This document shows positions 26,284 through 35,782 of a DNA stretch of 47,632 bases, piece after piece; positions within the stretch are counted from its first letter, which is position 1; each line of letters starts with the position of its first letter. Origin of the DNA: a virus (lineage: Duplodnaviria; Caudoviricetes); IMG/VR virus record IMGVR_UViG_3300037851_001291, positions 1-47,632 of that record; one strand, 5' to 3'. Made by a program: the position numbers and the translations under genes. The notes beneath the pieces were generated by a model that worked only from the letters and a program-made list of their open reading frames with translations, was not told the origin of the DNA and made no database searches.

Positions 26284-27345
26284 TTATCCTGTTATTGGCC
26301 ACATCGGAATTTGAAGTCCAGCAAGTTCTTCTCGAAGTTTCTCCCAGGCTTCAAATGCTTCTGTTTTAAGCTTGTCTCCGTTAATGTTGACATTCCCGCT
26401 TGGTGTGATGATAGAATTACCAAATTTTTCTCGGACTTCTCCCAAAACCATTTTTGCTCTAGTTAAAGCCATGCGTTTGAAAAGGTCATGGTATGATGGA
26501 TTGATTTCTTCCAACCGATTATCAACAACATAGCAATAACTTACTTTATAGAATGTTCGGGAATAATCGCCAGTGTTGATAAAAAGAGTCAATGGGTCTG
26601 AAGGCTCCCATCGCCATATAGGCTCTTGTCCTGTTTTTTTTAATAAGGTTTCAAAGAAAGAAGTCGAAAGCACATAGTTGTCAAAATCAATCCTGCTGCC
26701 ACGAGGATAATCCCTTCCAAAAAGAGGATCAGACACTACAGGATTTCCTTCTTTTTTTCTAAATTGAACATCTAAAATGCCTCGGCCACATTCTGGAATT
26801 TTATAATAATTTTGCCCGCCCACCAAAGTTATGTTTCCATATTTGAGCTTGGGTAAAAAGCGATTGTATTCTGTCAAAACATCATCAATACATTCTGCAA
26901 TTTGCTCCTCTGTAAGCTCTACTGAAACTTTAGGCCATCCTAATTTTCTTAAAATCCAATGCAGAATTTCGGAGGCCAATAAAATTCTTTCACTCGTTTT
27001 AGTTGCATTGTGGACAGAAATTTGTGGATATGGATCAAATGAGACGTTTTTTATTTTAGCAAACCATTTTGCTTCGACACTTCCATCAAATAATTCTGGG
27101 TTTATTCTAACAAAGTAATAGACTCCGCCACCCGAAACTTTTTTGTTGATTGCAGGATTGCTTAAAAACGTAATGTCTGAAAAAATTTGGTTGTTGTCTC
27201 CAAGATTGAAAAGACGCAAAACCAAATCATTGTCAACAGCCTGCGCCTTTCCATTTTTCATAAAGGCAGCCTCTAAAACCAAAAGGTCTGGTTCTGTATT
27301 GGCTTGTGGAGAAAATTGGGAAGCAGATTCATATACTCTGGGCAT
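26284..27345 (-). CDS. Neck / head-tail adaptor (gp13-like) with N-terminal extension
   Basis: ILRKLGWPKVSVELTEEQI, AKMVLGEVREKF, NINGDKLKTEA, PITG. Confidence 0.85.
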   Translation of the reverse strand: MPRVYESASQFSPQANTEPDLLVLEAAFMKNGKAQAVDNDLVLRLFNLGDNNQIFSDITFLSNPAINKKVSGGGVYYFVRINPELFDGSVEAKWFAKIKNVSFDPYPQISVHNATKTSERILLASEILHWILRKLGWPKVSVELTEEQIAECIDDVLTEYNRFLPKLKYGNITLVGGQNYYKIPECGRGILDVQFRKKEGNPVVSDPLFGRDYPRGSRIDFDNYVLSTSFFETLLKKTGQEPIWRWEPSDPLTLFINTGDYSRTFYKVSYCYVVDNRLEEINPSYHDLFKRMALTRAKMVLGEVREKFGNSIITPSGNVNINGDKLKTEAFEAWEKLREELAGLQIPMWPITG

Positions 27346-27357
27346 AACTATCCTTGG

Positions 27358-27891
27358 CTATTTGTTTGTCTTTGTTTTTTCAGTTCCTGCATACAATCGT
27401 AGGTTGTCTACCACACAATTGATAGCGTCTTGCTTAGAGGCATTGTCAACAATGTTGAGTCCCAAAAATTGGGACAACCCCATTATTTGACCGCGAGTCA
27501 TTTCGGAAAAATTAGAGGCTAGAGATTGTTTGGCCCATTCTTGAGGGGTTTTCCCTAAATATTTTTCTTGAGAGCTAGAGGACGGAATTTTTTCTGTGCA
27601 TAGTGCGCCCTCTACTCTAGGAGAAACTAACCCAGGAATTATATCGCCTCCTGATTTTCTTGAAGATTGTCTAGGTGTTGACTGATTTGGTTTGTTTCCA
27701 ACATTGATCATCAAGCCTTTTTGCCTAGGGCCATTGTATGGCAGCAACCCCCGGCGAACATCTACCATGCTAGAAAAATTAGAACCCTCGACCACTTCTC
27801 CGGAATAAATAATTTGGCGACCGCCATTTCCACTATAAATAACCACGGGATATACGTGGTTATTTATAAATCTTTCACTTACTGCTGTCAT
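27358..27891 (-). CDS. Hypothetical protein downstream of the capsid gene
   Basis: GGAG SD; in operon. Confidence 0.65.
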   Translation of the reverse strand: MTAVSERFINNHVYPVVIYSGNGGRQIIYSGEVVEGSNFSSMVDVRRGLLPYNGPRQKGLMINVGNKPNQSTPRQSSRKSGGDIIPGLVSPRVEGALCTEKIPSSSSQEKYLGKTPQEWAKQSLASNFSEMTRGQIMGLSQFLGLNIVDNASKQDAINCVVDNLRLYAGTEKTKTNK

Positions 27892-27903
27892 TCAATTCTC
27901 TCC

Positions 27904-29337
27904 TTATGATACAATCGAACCCGTTGCGTAAAAACGTGGATTTACTGCCCGTTTTCCATAGGATGTCCCAATTCCTTTTCTTCCGATGAAATCATCTAAA
28001 TAAACAGTAGGTGTTGTATACAACGGAATGTAAGGAGCGAAAACGTAACCAGTATCCAAGAAGGAATTACCTCGATAACCACCAAAGAAAATCCTTCTGT
28101 TCTGTTGGTTCGTTCCCAAATAGGGGTCTTTATAAACCACCCAACGATTGTTGAGGGTACCAATTTTTACAACGCCGGAAGATTTTTGAGTTGTCAAAGC
28201 ACCCGGCTCCGCAACAAAAGTAGGTAAGCTTTCTATGATATTGGAGACATCCACGCTAGTCACCAAAAAATTTGCCTGGCCTCGTTTTGTGGCAATAAAA
28301 ATTAAATTGCCCAATTCAATGCAGGCTTCAACAAAAGAAAGCTTGTGTTCTGTCCAGGAAACACCAGCGGGAACAATGCTTGACCAAGCTACGTGTCCAG
28401 CCGCTGCAATGGAATGAAGGTCATTGATAATTTCTCGGTCAATCTCAAATTTGATTTCCTCAGCGGTAAAAGCTGCTAATTCGGAGGCCGCGTCAATTCC
28501 GTGCAAAGATCGCAAAGAGGCTTGGGCTTCAATACTCCAACGAGCACGCAATTTTCTACCTCTGGCATTTACTGGCGTACTTACTAGCTCCAAATCTATT
28601 TGAGGAATGTTTTCGTTGGCTTCAGAGTTGTAATTATATGTTGCTTGGATTACTGTATTTCCAGGCACTGGATTAGTAAAAACTAAATTTTGAATCTGTC
28701 CTGTTTGGTAGTCAATGATTCCAGAAACAATTCCAGACCCCGTGATGTTTCCATTTCCATCATCGTATCCCGTTACGGTGTCGGCCTCAATCATTACTGT
28801 ATTGGGTTGAACAGGGATATAAGCAAGCACTACTCCAAATGGGCCAACACTTCCTCCGGCAGGAACAGTAATGATTGGCTCGCGATCAATATCATCCGAA
28901 CTATAAAATCTACTATCGGCCGGGCCAGAAATGGAATCAAACATGGATTGTCCGGCTTGAATGTTTCCCTTGTTTGATCCATAAACAAAATCCATGTAAA
29001 AAATCAACGATGTTGGGCCTTCCATTGGCTGAACACTTACAAGTTCTTGAGCAATAAGATTGGGAATAACAGCTCGAATCAATGGAAAAGCAAATTTATC
29101 AAAGTTGCCGATTTGAGCTTGACCTGTAGTTTCTTCTAATTTTGCTTTAATCCATCTCTCTGTTGTCTCCAACAAAATAGAGAGCTGTCGTGCTTGTCCC
29201 TCCGACAGTCCCTCGCAATACTTTGCCCATTTTCCTTTTGATAGTTTTATTCCTAATAGTTGGCGGTCTTCATAGAATTTTCTGGGATTTCCCATAAGAA
29301 AATTTTGGCCGACAAAAGGACTCATTACTTCATTCAT
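27904..29337 (-). CDS. Major capsid protein (T4 gp23-like)
   Basis: FPLIRAVIPNLIAQELVSVQPMEGPTSLIFY, RKLRARWSIEA, EIDREII, GYVFAPYIPL. Confidence 0.97.
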   Translation of the reverse strand: MNEVMSPFVGQNFLMGNPRKFYEDRQLLGIKLSKGKWAKYCEGLSEGQARQLSILLETTERWIKAKLEETTGQAQIGNFDKFAFPLIRAVIPNLIAQELVSVQPMEGPTSLIFYMDFVYGSNKGNIQAGQSMFDSISGPADSRFYSSDDIDREPIITVPAGGSVGPFGVVLAYIPVQPNTVMIEADTVTGYDDGNGNITGSGIVSGIIDYQTGQIQNLVFTNPVPGNTVIQATYNYNSEANENIPQIDLELVSTPVNARGRKLRARWSIEAQASLRSLHGIDAASELAAFTAEEIKFEIDREIINDLHSIAAAGHVAWSSIVPAGVSWTEHKLSFVEACIELGNLIFIATKRGQANFLVTSVDVSNIIESLPTFVAEPGALTTQKSSGVVKIGTLNNRWVVYKDPYLGTNQQNRRIFFGGYRGNSFLDTGYVFAPYIPLYTTPTVYLDDFIGRKGIGTSYGKRAVNPRFYATGSIVS

Positions 29338-29350
29338 TTCATTTTACTCC

Positions 29351-31117
29351 TTACTTCCATCCAAGATGCTTTTGAATGTTGTTTAAAATTTTTATTTCTT
29401 GCGATTGAAATTCTTTACCGCGTGTAATGTCTTCCAATGCCATTCCATTGCCTTGTTTCTCATTTGGCAAGCTTTCCAATATTGGCTGTTGGGTTTGTCT
29501 CAAAATTTTTTCTTGCATTTTAAGACATTTTTGAACGGCTTTTACATTCGTCTCTTTTTCTAAAAGAGGGCGAATAGATTCTAATTCAGGATTTCTTTGA
29601 ATGGCAGATTCAATAATTTTATTTCTTTGGATTTCTTCAGCTTTTCTTACAATGTTTCCAACCAATCCCAAAGCCGACTCATAACGAGAAGAAAGGATTC
29701 GGTTGGATTTTTTAAGAGCGTTGCATTTTAAGTAAAGAGCCTCCGCGTATTGAAGCAAATTTTTGTATTGTCGAATCGATTTAGAATGGGAAAGAGATTC
29801 TATTTGCTCCTCAGAGCCTTCTAGGTCATCCTCAGAATCTTCTAGGTCATCTTCTGAATCTTCTAAGTCATCTTCTGAATCTTCTAAGTCATCTTCAGAA
29901 TCTTCTAAGTCATCTTCTGAATCTTCTAAGTCATCTTCTGAATCTTCTAAGTCATCTTCTGAATCTCCCAGGTCGTTTTTCAGTTTATCATCTTCAGAAT
30001 CTTCTAAGTCAGAATCTTCTAGGTCATCTTCTGAATCTTCTAGGTCATCTTCTGAATCTTCTAGGTCATCTTCTGAATCTTCTAAGTCATCTTCTGAATC
30101 TTCTAAGTCATCTTCTGATTCTCCCAGGTCGTTTTTCAGTTTATCATCTTCAGAATCTTCTAAGTCAGAGTCTTCTAGGTCATCTTCTGAATCTTCTAAG
30201 TCATCATCCTCATCCTTAAGATCGCCTGGCAATTTTTGAGAAACTTCTTCGTTATCGGATTGATCATTGGGAGAAACAGCGTCATTGGGGACTCCTTGTT
30301 CTGTCATTCCTTTAAGAAGTTTGCTTACAACTCCCACAGAAACCATATCTTCTTTTTCGTCAGCCATAGTTATTCTGGCCTCCTGTATCATTTTGTAAAT
30401 AGAATCACAAATTCTGGAAAGCGAGGCGTCTTGTTTGCGGAATTCCAAAAGTTTCTTTTCAGACTCTTTTAAAATATTTTTTACGCGTTCTTTTTCTTGT
30501 TTGCTTTTTTGTACATATTTTTTTCCACTTACTTGAGCCACGCCAGAAGCAACTTGGATAAGGCTATCCAACACATTATCTAATGGATGATATTGTGAAA
30601 GCGATTCAAAAGCTGGAGTGGCATACGCTCCCAAAGTACTTGGCGAGCAAACAAAATCAAAGGTGTCTAATTCAAAATTGTCCGAAACTACTTCAACTCC
30701 GTTTCGCATTTCAGAGATGCCACGTCCTCTCGAAGAAACACCAATTAAAGTGTTGCGTTGTGCCAACACGCGAAGTATTTCTCCATTGGGTGTAGGAAGT
30801 ATTTCTGAAACACCCAAAATGGCACCGTCGTTTCCTATATGAATGCCTGTAACAATGTGTGATACTCTAGGAAATTTCGTTGTTCCGTCCGATGGATGCT
30901 CTAATTCGCCAAACATTCCTCGTTTGGCGATTCTCTTTTTCACCCCTTCTGATGCGAGTACGTTTTCCCAAAGGCTTCTGGGGTATACTCGACCGTTTTC
31001 GTTTTTCTGATCGCTTTGCTGGTATTTCCCCCGAAGATACAAAACATCACTTCCTCTGGATTCTGTCAAAGAATATTCTAAGGGCATTAACTCTCGAAAT
31101 TCTCGCAATCTTTGCAT
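29351..31117 (-). CDS. Prohead protease (gp21/S77) fused to an acidic repeat and a scaffold-like C-terminus
   Basis: NENGRVYP, GELEHP, VSH, TPNG, GVSSRGRG, FDFVCSPST; start could be 31153, 31117 or 31087. Confidence 0.92.
   Translation of the reverse strand: MQRLREFRELMPLEYSLTESRGSDVLYLRGKYQQSDQKNENGRVYPRSLWENVLASEGVKKRIAKRGMFGELEHPSDGTTKFPRVSHIVTGIHIGNDGAILGVSEILPTPNGEILRVLAQRNTLIGVSSRGRGISEMRNGVEVVSDNFELDTFDFVCSPSTLGAYATPAFESLSQYHPLDNVLDSLIQVASGVAQVSGKKYVQKSKQEKERVKNILKESEKKLLEFRKQDASLSRICDSIYKMIQEARITMADEKEDMVSVGVVSKLLKGMTEQGVPNDAVSPNDQSDNEEVSQKLPGDLKDEDDDLEDSEDDLEDSDLEDSEDDKLKNDLGESEDDLEDSEDDLEDSEDDLEDSEDDLEDSEDDLEDSDLEDSEDDKLKNDLGDSEDDLEDSEDDLEDSEDDLEDSEDDLEDSEDDLEDSEDDLEDSEDDLEGSEEQIESLSHSKSIRQYKNLLQYAEALYLKCNALKKSNRILSSRYESALGLVGNIVRKAEEIQRNKIIESAIQRNPELESIRPLLEKETNVKAVQKCLKMQEKILRQTQQPILESLPNEKQGNGMALEDITRGKEFQSQEIKILNNIQKHLGWK
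29811..30205 (-). repeat. Coding tandem repeat, 21-bp unit (DLEDSED), about 18 units with a higher-order duplication
   Basis: tcttctaagtcatcttctgaa units; the block DLEDS-DLEDSEDDKLKNDLG(E/D)SED occurs twice. Confidence 0.95.
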
Positions 31118-31133
31118 AGCTCCCTCAATTAAA

Positions 31134-31376
31134 TTAAATAGGCTGAGTGTCAAATCTTGCTATTAGCCCAACGCCCTTCCATATTCCTCGAATCTCTCTT
31201 CCTTTTCTTACCAAATCATTCGCTGCATTTACTGTAAGATGAAAATGAGAAACTAAGTAAGCAACAACTTGTTCAATAGTGCCCTCATAAATCGCCTGGC
31301 GAGAATAAGGACTTGTAATCTCTACATTCCCTATTCGACGAGAAGGCACAACTTCAATCATTTTTATTGCTGCCAT
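31134..31376 (-). CDS. Hypothetical protein (MAAIKMIEV...)
   Basis: AAGGAG SD before ATG 31376. Confidence 0.65.
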   Translation of the reverse strand: MAAIKMIEVVPSRRIGNVEITSPYSRQAIYEGTIEQVVAYLVSHFHLTVNAANDLVRKGREIRGIWKGVGLIARFDTQPI

Positions 31377-31633
31377 TGGTCTATCTCCTTTTGAGAAATT
31401 GGTACAAATCGTTTTTCTTCTGGGAAATATTGCAACGCTCTCATATTCCAAAGATACGAAAACACTCGCTCTGTAAAAAAATTGTCTTTGCAAAGATTTA
31501 GAAACCAAGAGCGGGCATCCTCAAAGTGCAACGTGTAAACATCGCGTTCTATATAAATAGTAACATCCTCAGAAAAAGCGGGGCGGTGCATCCAGATCCA
31601 AAGTATATTTTGAGTTGGTGGTAAAATTGTCAT
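31364..31633 (-). CDS. Hypothetical protein
   Basis: ATGA coupling to the upstream gene. Confidence 0.55.
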   Translation of the reverse strand: MTILPPTQNILWIWMHRPAFSEDVTIYIERDVYTLHFEDARSWFLNLCKDNFFTERVFSYLWNMRALQYFPEEKRFVPISQKEIDQWQQ

Positions 31634-32013
31634 ACAATTTTTTGAGGAATTGTCGAAATTCCAAAAGGATTCATGGGATAAGGCGGCTCAAACCCTGGAT
31701 CATTTGGGTCAAACAATTCAATGGTCTGGGCTTTAGAAAATGGCAATCCTCCATTTGTTTCACCAGCACTGGCACGATATTCGTGTATGCCTGCCCCCTT
31801 CAAAGACTTCCCTCCAGAAAATGGGACGGGTGAATTTTTTTTTCTTAGGTCAAATTTATGTCCTGTGTTGGAAGTAGGCGATGATGAACGCAAGCTTGCA
31901 GGCGAAAATCCCAATATTTTTCCAATGTACTGGATGTTGCTGCGTAAATCGCTTTCAAATTCCAAATCCATTGGCACTTCGAGCGAACCAACTTTGACGT
32001 TTACAATGCCCAT
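31630..32013 (-). CDS. Hypothetical protein
   Basis: AAGGAG SD; preceded by the CTGTTTAAT motif. Confidence 0.65.
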   Translation of the reverse strand: MGIVNVKVGSLEVPMDLEFESDLRSNIQYIGKILGFSPASLRSSSPTSNTGHKFDLRKKNSPVPFSGGKSLKGAGIHEYRASAGETNGGLPFSKAQTIELFDPNDPGFEPPYPMNPFGISTIPQKIV

Positions 32014-32084
32014 ATTGGACTCCTTTATTCTGTCTTTCTGCTATATTAAACAGGTAAGCGATTCAAAGTTACAACTGTTGGCAA

Positions 32085-32396
32085 TTATTTTTTTCTCAAG
32101 GAAAAATTGACAACATCAGACGCATTTTTTCCTTGAGCTATTTTCTCTAAATCTTTGAAAATAAGCAGACGAACTTTCTTTTTTTTGTTTTTTGAAAATT
32201 TGTGATTCCCAGGCATTGCTCGTGCTTGTTGATAAAAATGATAATAAATCCACGAATAATTTTCTTCCAAGTTATGAATGGGAAGTAACTCTTTAGAGTG
32301 ATTTGGTGTCTTTGGATACTTCCCAGCCACAGGATAGCCAAAAGCCTGAAGAAAATGATAATAAACGGTCGAACGCTCTTCCAATCGAGATGGCAT
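32085..32396 (-). CDS. Basic hypothetical protein with an internal LEE..YYHF.Q duplication
   Basis: AAGGAAAGG SD before ATG 32396. Confidence 0.6.
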   Translation of the reverse strand: MPSRLEERSTVYYHFLQAFGYPVAGKYPKTPNHSKELLPIHNLEENYSWIYYHFYQQARAMPGNHKFSKNKKKKVRLLIFKDLEKIAQGKNASDVVNFSLRKK

Positions 32397-32416
32397 AAAG
32401 TTTTCCTTTCCTTGCC

Positions 32417-32770
32417 TTATCCTAAAATTATCAGCAAGGTTGCAATCTCTACACCCATATTGCTGCAATGAAGGGAAGTAATGGGAGATTCCAGAGTGCC
32501 CGTAAACATAAAATTTGTTCCTTGGCTGGTATCTGTCAAATCCCCATTGATTTTCACCGACACAGGCTTATCACTTTGGACGTACAAAAAAACAACATTG
32601 GACACACCGCCAAAATCAATGAGAACGTCCAACGATCCTGGCAAAATTTTTATGCGTCGGGTGTCGTACTCTTGAACATTTTTTTGTATGTCTACTGGTT
32701 CTATACAAATATTTTTTCCATCGGAAGTTCGTATCTGCAATGTCCCTCTAAAAACTATTTGAACGCTCAT
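32417..32770 (-). CDS. Beta-rich hypothetical (probably virion) protein
   Basis: AAGGA SD; alternating hydrophobic pattern. Confidence 0.65.
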   Translation of the reverse strand: MSVQIVFRGTLQIRTSDGKNICIEPVDIQKNVQEYDTRRIKILPGSLDVLIDFGGVSNVVFLYVQSDKPVSVKINGDLTDTSQGTNFMFTGTLESPITSLHCSNMGVEIATLLIILG

Positions 32771-32841
32771 AAAAATCAATCCTTATTTGTGTAAGGATGT
32801 TACAAGGTTGTTTTTCTTCTACGTTTCACTGCGTGTTTACA

Positions 32842-33222
32842 TCATATTCCACTGAATTTTTTCCTTGGCATTGGTTTCCTTGGCATGGCACGTACCTTTG
32901 CCATTGTCCTTGCTAATCTTTGTTTTGCATAAAAAATTTTGTTATATTTTTCAGCCTTTTTTCTTTCTGCCCCTGATTTTTGTGCAGCTCTTTTTAGTTT
33001 TTCTTTCAAAGCTTTTCTGTTAGCGAGCGCATCTAAATAGGCACGCCTTTTTACGGAAAGCTGCATTTTAGAAGTGGCCAACTGCGTTTTGTATTGATTC
33101 AGTGTTTGTTTTACTCTTGTGCTCGCAGATTCCCATTCTGAATTTCCTTTGTAAATGGTTTTTTCCAAAAGAAGGTTAAGCAATTCCGCTGTTTCTCCCA
33201 ATGTTTCATAGATTTCACTCAT
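32842..33222 (-). CDS. Very basic helical protein, candidate internal head protein
   Basis: GAGGAG SD; acidic N-terminus with LGE/LLE, K/R-rich remainder. Confidence 0.65.
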   Translation of the reverse strand: MSEIYETLGETAELLNLLLEKTIYKGNSEWESASTRVKQTLNQYKTQLATSKMQLSVKRRAYLDALANRKALKEKLKRAAQKSGAERKKAEKYNKIFYAKQRLARTMAKVRAMPRKPMPRKKFSGI

Positions 33223-33246
33223 TATGATTTCTCCTCTATTCAATTT

Positions 33247-33858
33247 CTAACTCCACGCAATCACGTGGGTATCGGAAACATCCAAGCCAACAGTTTTTGG
33301 ATTGGACAAAGACAAAGTTTGATTTCCTGTAGTAGAACGAATTACTGTTATTACAATCACTCCAGAAGAAAATTTTGCGCGCACAGTCCCAGGAGTGGGG
33401 CTTTCCATATAGCCCGTAACATTTACAATCGCTCCAGAGTCTACGGCAACAGTTACTTCTTCCTCTGAATCGGTTTTATTAGCAACGTTGTTGTTATTTT
33501 GCACAAAGATAGAAATTTGCACAGGTTCTCCCAAAACTCCAACAATAGAAGCGTTTGGTGAAAATACAATCTTGGTTTCTTCCTGCTTTAGCATTTCCAT
33601 CAAATTACGCCATTCTTGATCGCGCCAATTCAAAGACGTTGCTCTCAAAGAAAGATCGGGAGGCAAGGTAGGCGAGACACTCAAAAATCCTTCCAGTACT
33701 AAAGCCAAATGGATTGGATTTACCTGGCTTTCTTGCAAAGAAAACTCTTGACCTGGCTGTGAAACCGGGATATTGTTTTGCCCGCTGGAAAGTATCTTGC
33801 TACTTATGTTTTTAAAAACGTAAGTCTGTCCCAAAGGCGGCTGAACTATTCCTGGCAT
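33247..33858 (-). CDS. Hypothetical virion protein with Ig-like C-terminus
   Basis: GGAG SD; beta-rich C-terminal half. Confidence 0.6.
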   Translation of the reverse strand: MPGIVQPPLGQTYVFKNISSKILSSGQNNIPVSQPGQEFSLQESQVNPIHLALVLEGFLSVSPTLPPDLSLRATSLNWRDQEWRNLMEMLKQEETKIVFSPNASIVGVLGEPVQISIFVQNNNNVANKTDSEEEVTVAVDSGAIVNVTGYMESPTPGTVRAKFSSGVIVITVIRSTTGNQTLSLSNPKTVGLDVSDTHVIAWS

Positions 33859-34949
33859 GTTTCTTCTCTCCAATACTCAATAAATTTTTGCATTTTTTTC
33901 TCTAAATTTTTTACGCGATTTTCTAACTCATAATGCTGGCTTAGCAATTCATCATACTCAAGCCTTGGCTTAATCTCTGATGACATTACACTTTTCTCGA
34001 AATCAAATAAAAGCTCGCCAATTTCTTTGTATTTGTTCCAAACGGAATTGTTAAAAATTTTTTGCAATGATTGTGGTAGTACACTCGATAAAGATTTGTA
34101 ATATGCTTCTCTATATTCCTTATCAGACACAAGGCGTACCGGCTCTTCTGGCTTTGGACACTTCGCAAAACTATAGAATTCCCACAACATAACCCCTAAA
34201 GAGAAAATATCATCATCAAATGATGCCTGCCAACCTTCTCTCGAAAGAACCAACTTTTCAGAAGCATAAGGCAGAGTCCCAAAAACATCACCCTTTATGG
34301 AAATATTGGAATCTAGGCCAATATATTTGGATTGTGCCCAATCAACTGGGCATATCACTGGCTTCTCTCGCGAAGTTCCAGTCAGTAGAATATTTTCTGG
34401 CTTAAGGTCTCTGTGAATTACGTCAAGTTCATGAATTTTTTGGATTGCCTTTAAAAGAATGTAGTAGAGCTTAATAGAAACATCTATATTCTTTTCATCC
34501 CGAACATACCATAAAATGTTGCTACCTTCGACATATTCCATGAGAAGACACAAAAATGGAGTTTCTTTTACTTCAATGACTCTAGGAATATAAATTATTT
34601 CTAGCCCGCCGTTTAATTGGCTGGCAACAAAATTTTGGTTCTTTGCCCCTCGAAGAAAACGTTCGCGCCTTTTATTGGGCGTTTCGATTTCTTGGTATTT
34701 AAAAATTCCCTGCTTGTGAACCGTAATCGTTCTTTCAAAAATTGTCGAGGCAATTTTGAGAACGAAAATTTTTTTTTCTTTGTTTGCAACTTTAATTACG
34801 GCTCCTTCAAGGCCACAACAAAGAAGTCCGATCAAAGAAAGTTCTGGGTAAACAGCAGCCAACAAACGATTCAACAATTCCTTTGGACACATTGGTTCTT
34901 TATGTGTAAATTTCATCAATGTGTTGATGTCCACTGTGTATTGATTCAT
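33846..34949 (-). CDS. Hanks-type Ser/Thr protein kinase with C-terminal coiled coil
   Basis: FVLKI (VAIK), LLMEYVEG, HRDLKPENILL, DWA (DFG position), GTLPYASE, DIFSLGVMLWE; alternative start 35018. Confidence 0.93.
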   Translation of the reverse strand: MNQYTVDINTLMKFTHKEPMCPKELLNRLLAAVYPELSLIGLLCCGLEGAVIKVANKEKKIFVLKIASTIFERTITVHKQGIFKYQEIETPNKRRERFLRGAKNQNFVASQLNGGLEIIYIPRVIEVKETPFLCLLMEYVEGSNILWYVRDEKNIDVSIKLYYILLKAIQKIHELDVIHRDLKPENILLTGTSREKPVICPVDWAQSKYIGLDSNISIKGDVFGTLPYASEKLVLSREGWQASFDDDIFSLGVMLWEFYSFAKCPKPEEPVRLVSDKEYREAYYKSLSSVLPQSLQKIFNNSVWNKYKEIGELLFDFEKSVMSSEIKPRLEYDELLSQHYELENRVKNLEKKMQKFIEYWREETCQE

Positions 34950-34966
34950 AGGGCTGCCTTTATTTT

Positions 34967-35506
34967 TTATTTTTTGTTGAGGTTGGATGGCAGATTGGGC
35001 GGCAATGAATTGCCCCACATATCAATTTCTTTTTTTTCTTTTTCACTTTCTTTTATTTTTTTGAACTTTGCTCTTTGAACTCTTTCTTCCATTCTTTCTA
35101 TAAAAAAAGAAGAAATCAACCCAGGCGGTGTCTTCAATTTCCAAATTATTGTTACTACACCAGCCAATAGTGTTCCTAAAAATTCCAGAAAAATAGTAAG
35201 AGACAACTTGATTTCTTGAGGCGAAATTCCCATTTTTATGAGGGCGAGAATGTACCCAAAAATTGTAAAAAGAACAACCGAAGTACACAAAATTGCTAAG
35301 TCTTTATTTAATTCAAAAAAAGTCAAAAACTTTATAAATAGACTTGTTTTGGGAATTGTCTCATTGATGTCCCTAGGCGTCTTTTTTATTTCTTCGCTTT
35401 TCAACTCTATTTTGTTGGCTATGGGTGTCTTTTTTATTTCTTCGCTTTTCAACTCTATTTTGTCTTCCAGCAAATGGCTTTGTGTCATTTTGTTTTCTGC
35501 TGCCAT
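34967..35506 (-). CDS. Two-TM membrane protein, holin-like candidate
   Basis: Two hydrophobic helices and a highly charged C-terminus; N-terminal duplication KIELKSEEIKKTP. Confidence 0.6.
   Translation of the reverse strand: MAAENKMTQSHLLEDKIELKSEEIKKTPIANKIELKSEEIKKTPRDINETIPKTSLFIKFLTFFELNKDLAILCTSVVLFTIFGYILALIKMGISPQEIKLSLTIFLEFLGTLLAGVVTIIWKLKTPPGLISSFFIERMEERVQRAKFKKIKESEKEKKEIDMWGNSLPPNLPSNLNKK
35379..35463. repeat. Direct repeat, 37 bp identical, 48-bp period
   Basis: gtcttttttatttcttcgcttttcaactctattttgt at 35379 and 35427. Confidence 0.9.
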
Positions 35507-35763
35507 TCCTCATCCTTTAAAACTTCTACCATTTTTTTTAGTTTGGCTTCTATAGAAGCCGATCTAGCCTCTATGGAGGCCAACCTGGTTTCGATACTGC
35601 TTACAAATTCCAATTTGAAAATCTCTAAATTTTCTTCTACAGACTTTTTTGATTCAGATTCGATTTTTTCTACAATGTCTTGTTCTAGGGAGAAAAGCCT
35701 TTGGATTGCCTGATTGCGAAAGTTTTCTATGGCAACCAAATCTTCGAGAATTTTTTTGATCAT
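35485..35763 (-). CDS. Coiled-coil hypothetical protein
   Basis: GGGGAG SD; heptad pattern with ASIEA repeat. Confidence 0.65.
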   Translation of the reverse strand: MIKKILEDLVAIENFRNQAIQRLFSLEQDIVEKIESESKKSVEENLEIFKLEFVSSIETRLASIEARSASIEAKLKKMVEVLKDEEWQQKTK

Positions 35764-35782
35764 TTCTTTTCTCCCCAATAGA

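Noticed and set aside
29763-30239. Ser-rich 158-aa plus-strand ORF, or the 21-bp repeat as a CRISPR array
   Set aside because: Antisense shadow of the DLEDSED coding repeat; units are contiguous with no unique spacers.
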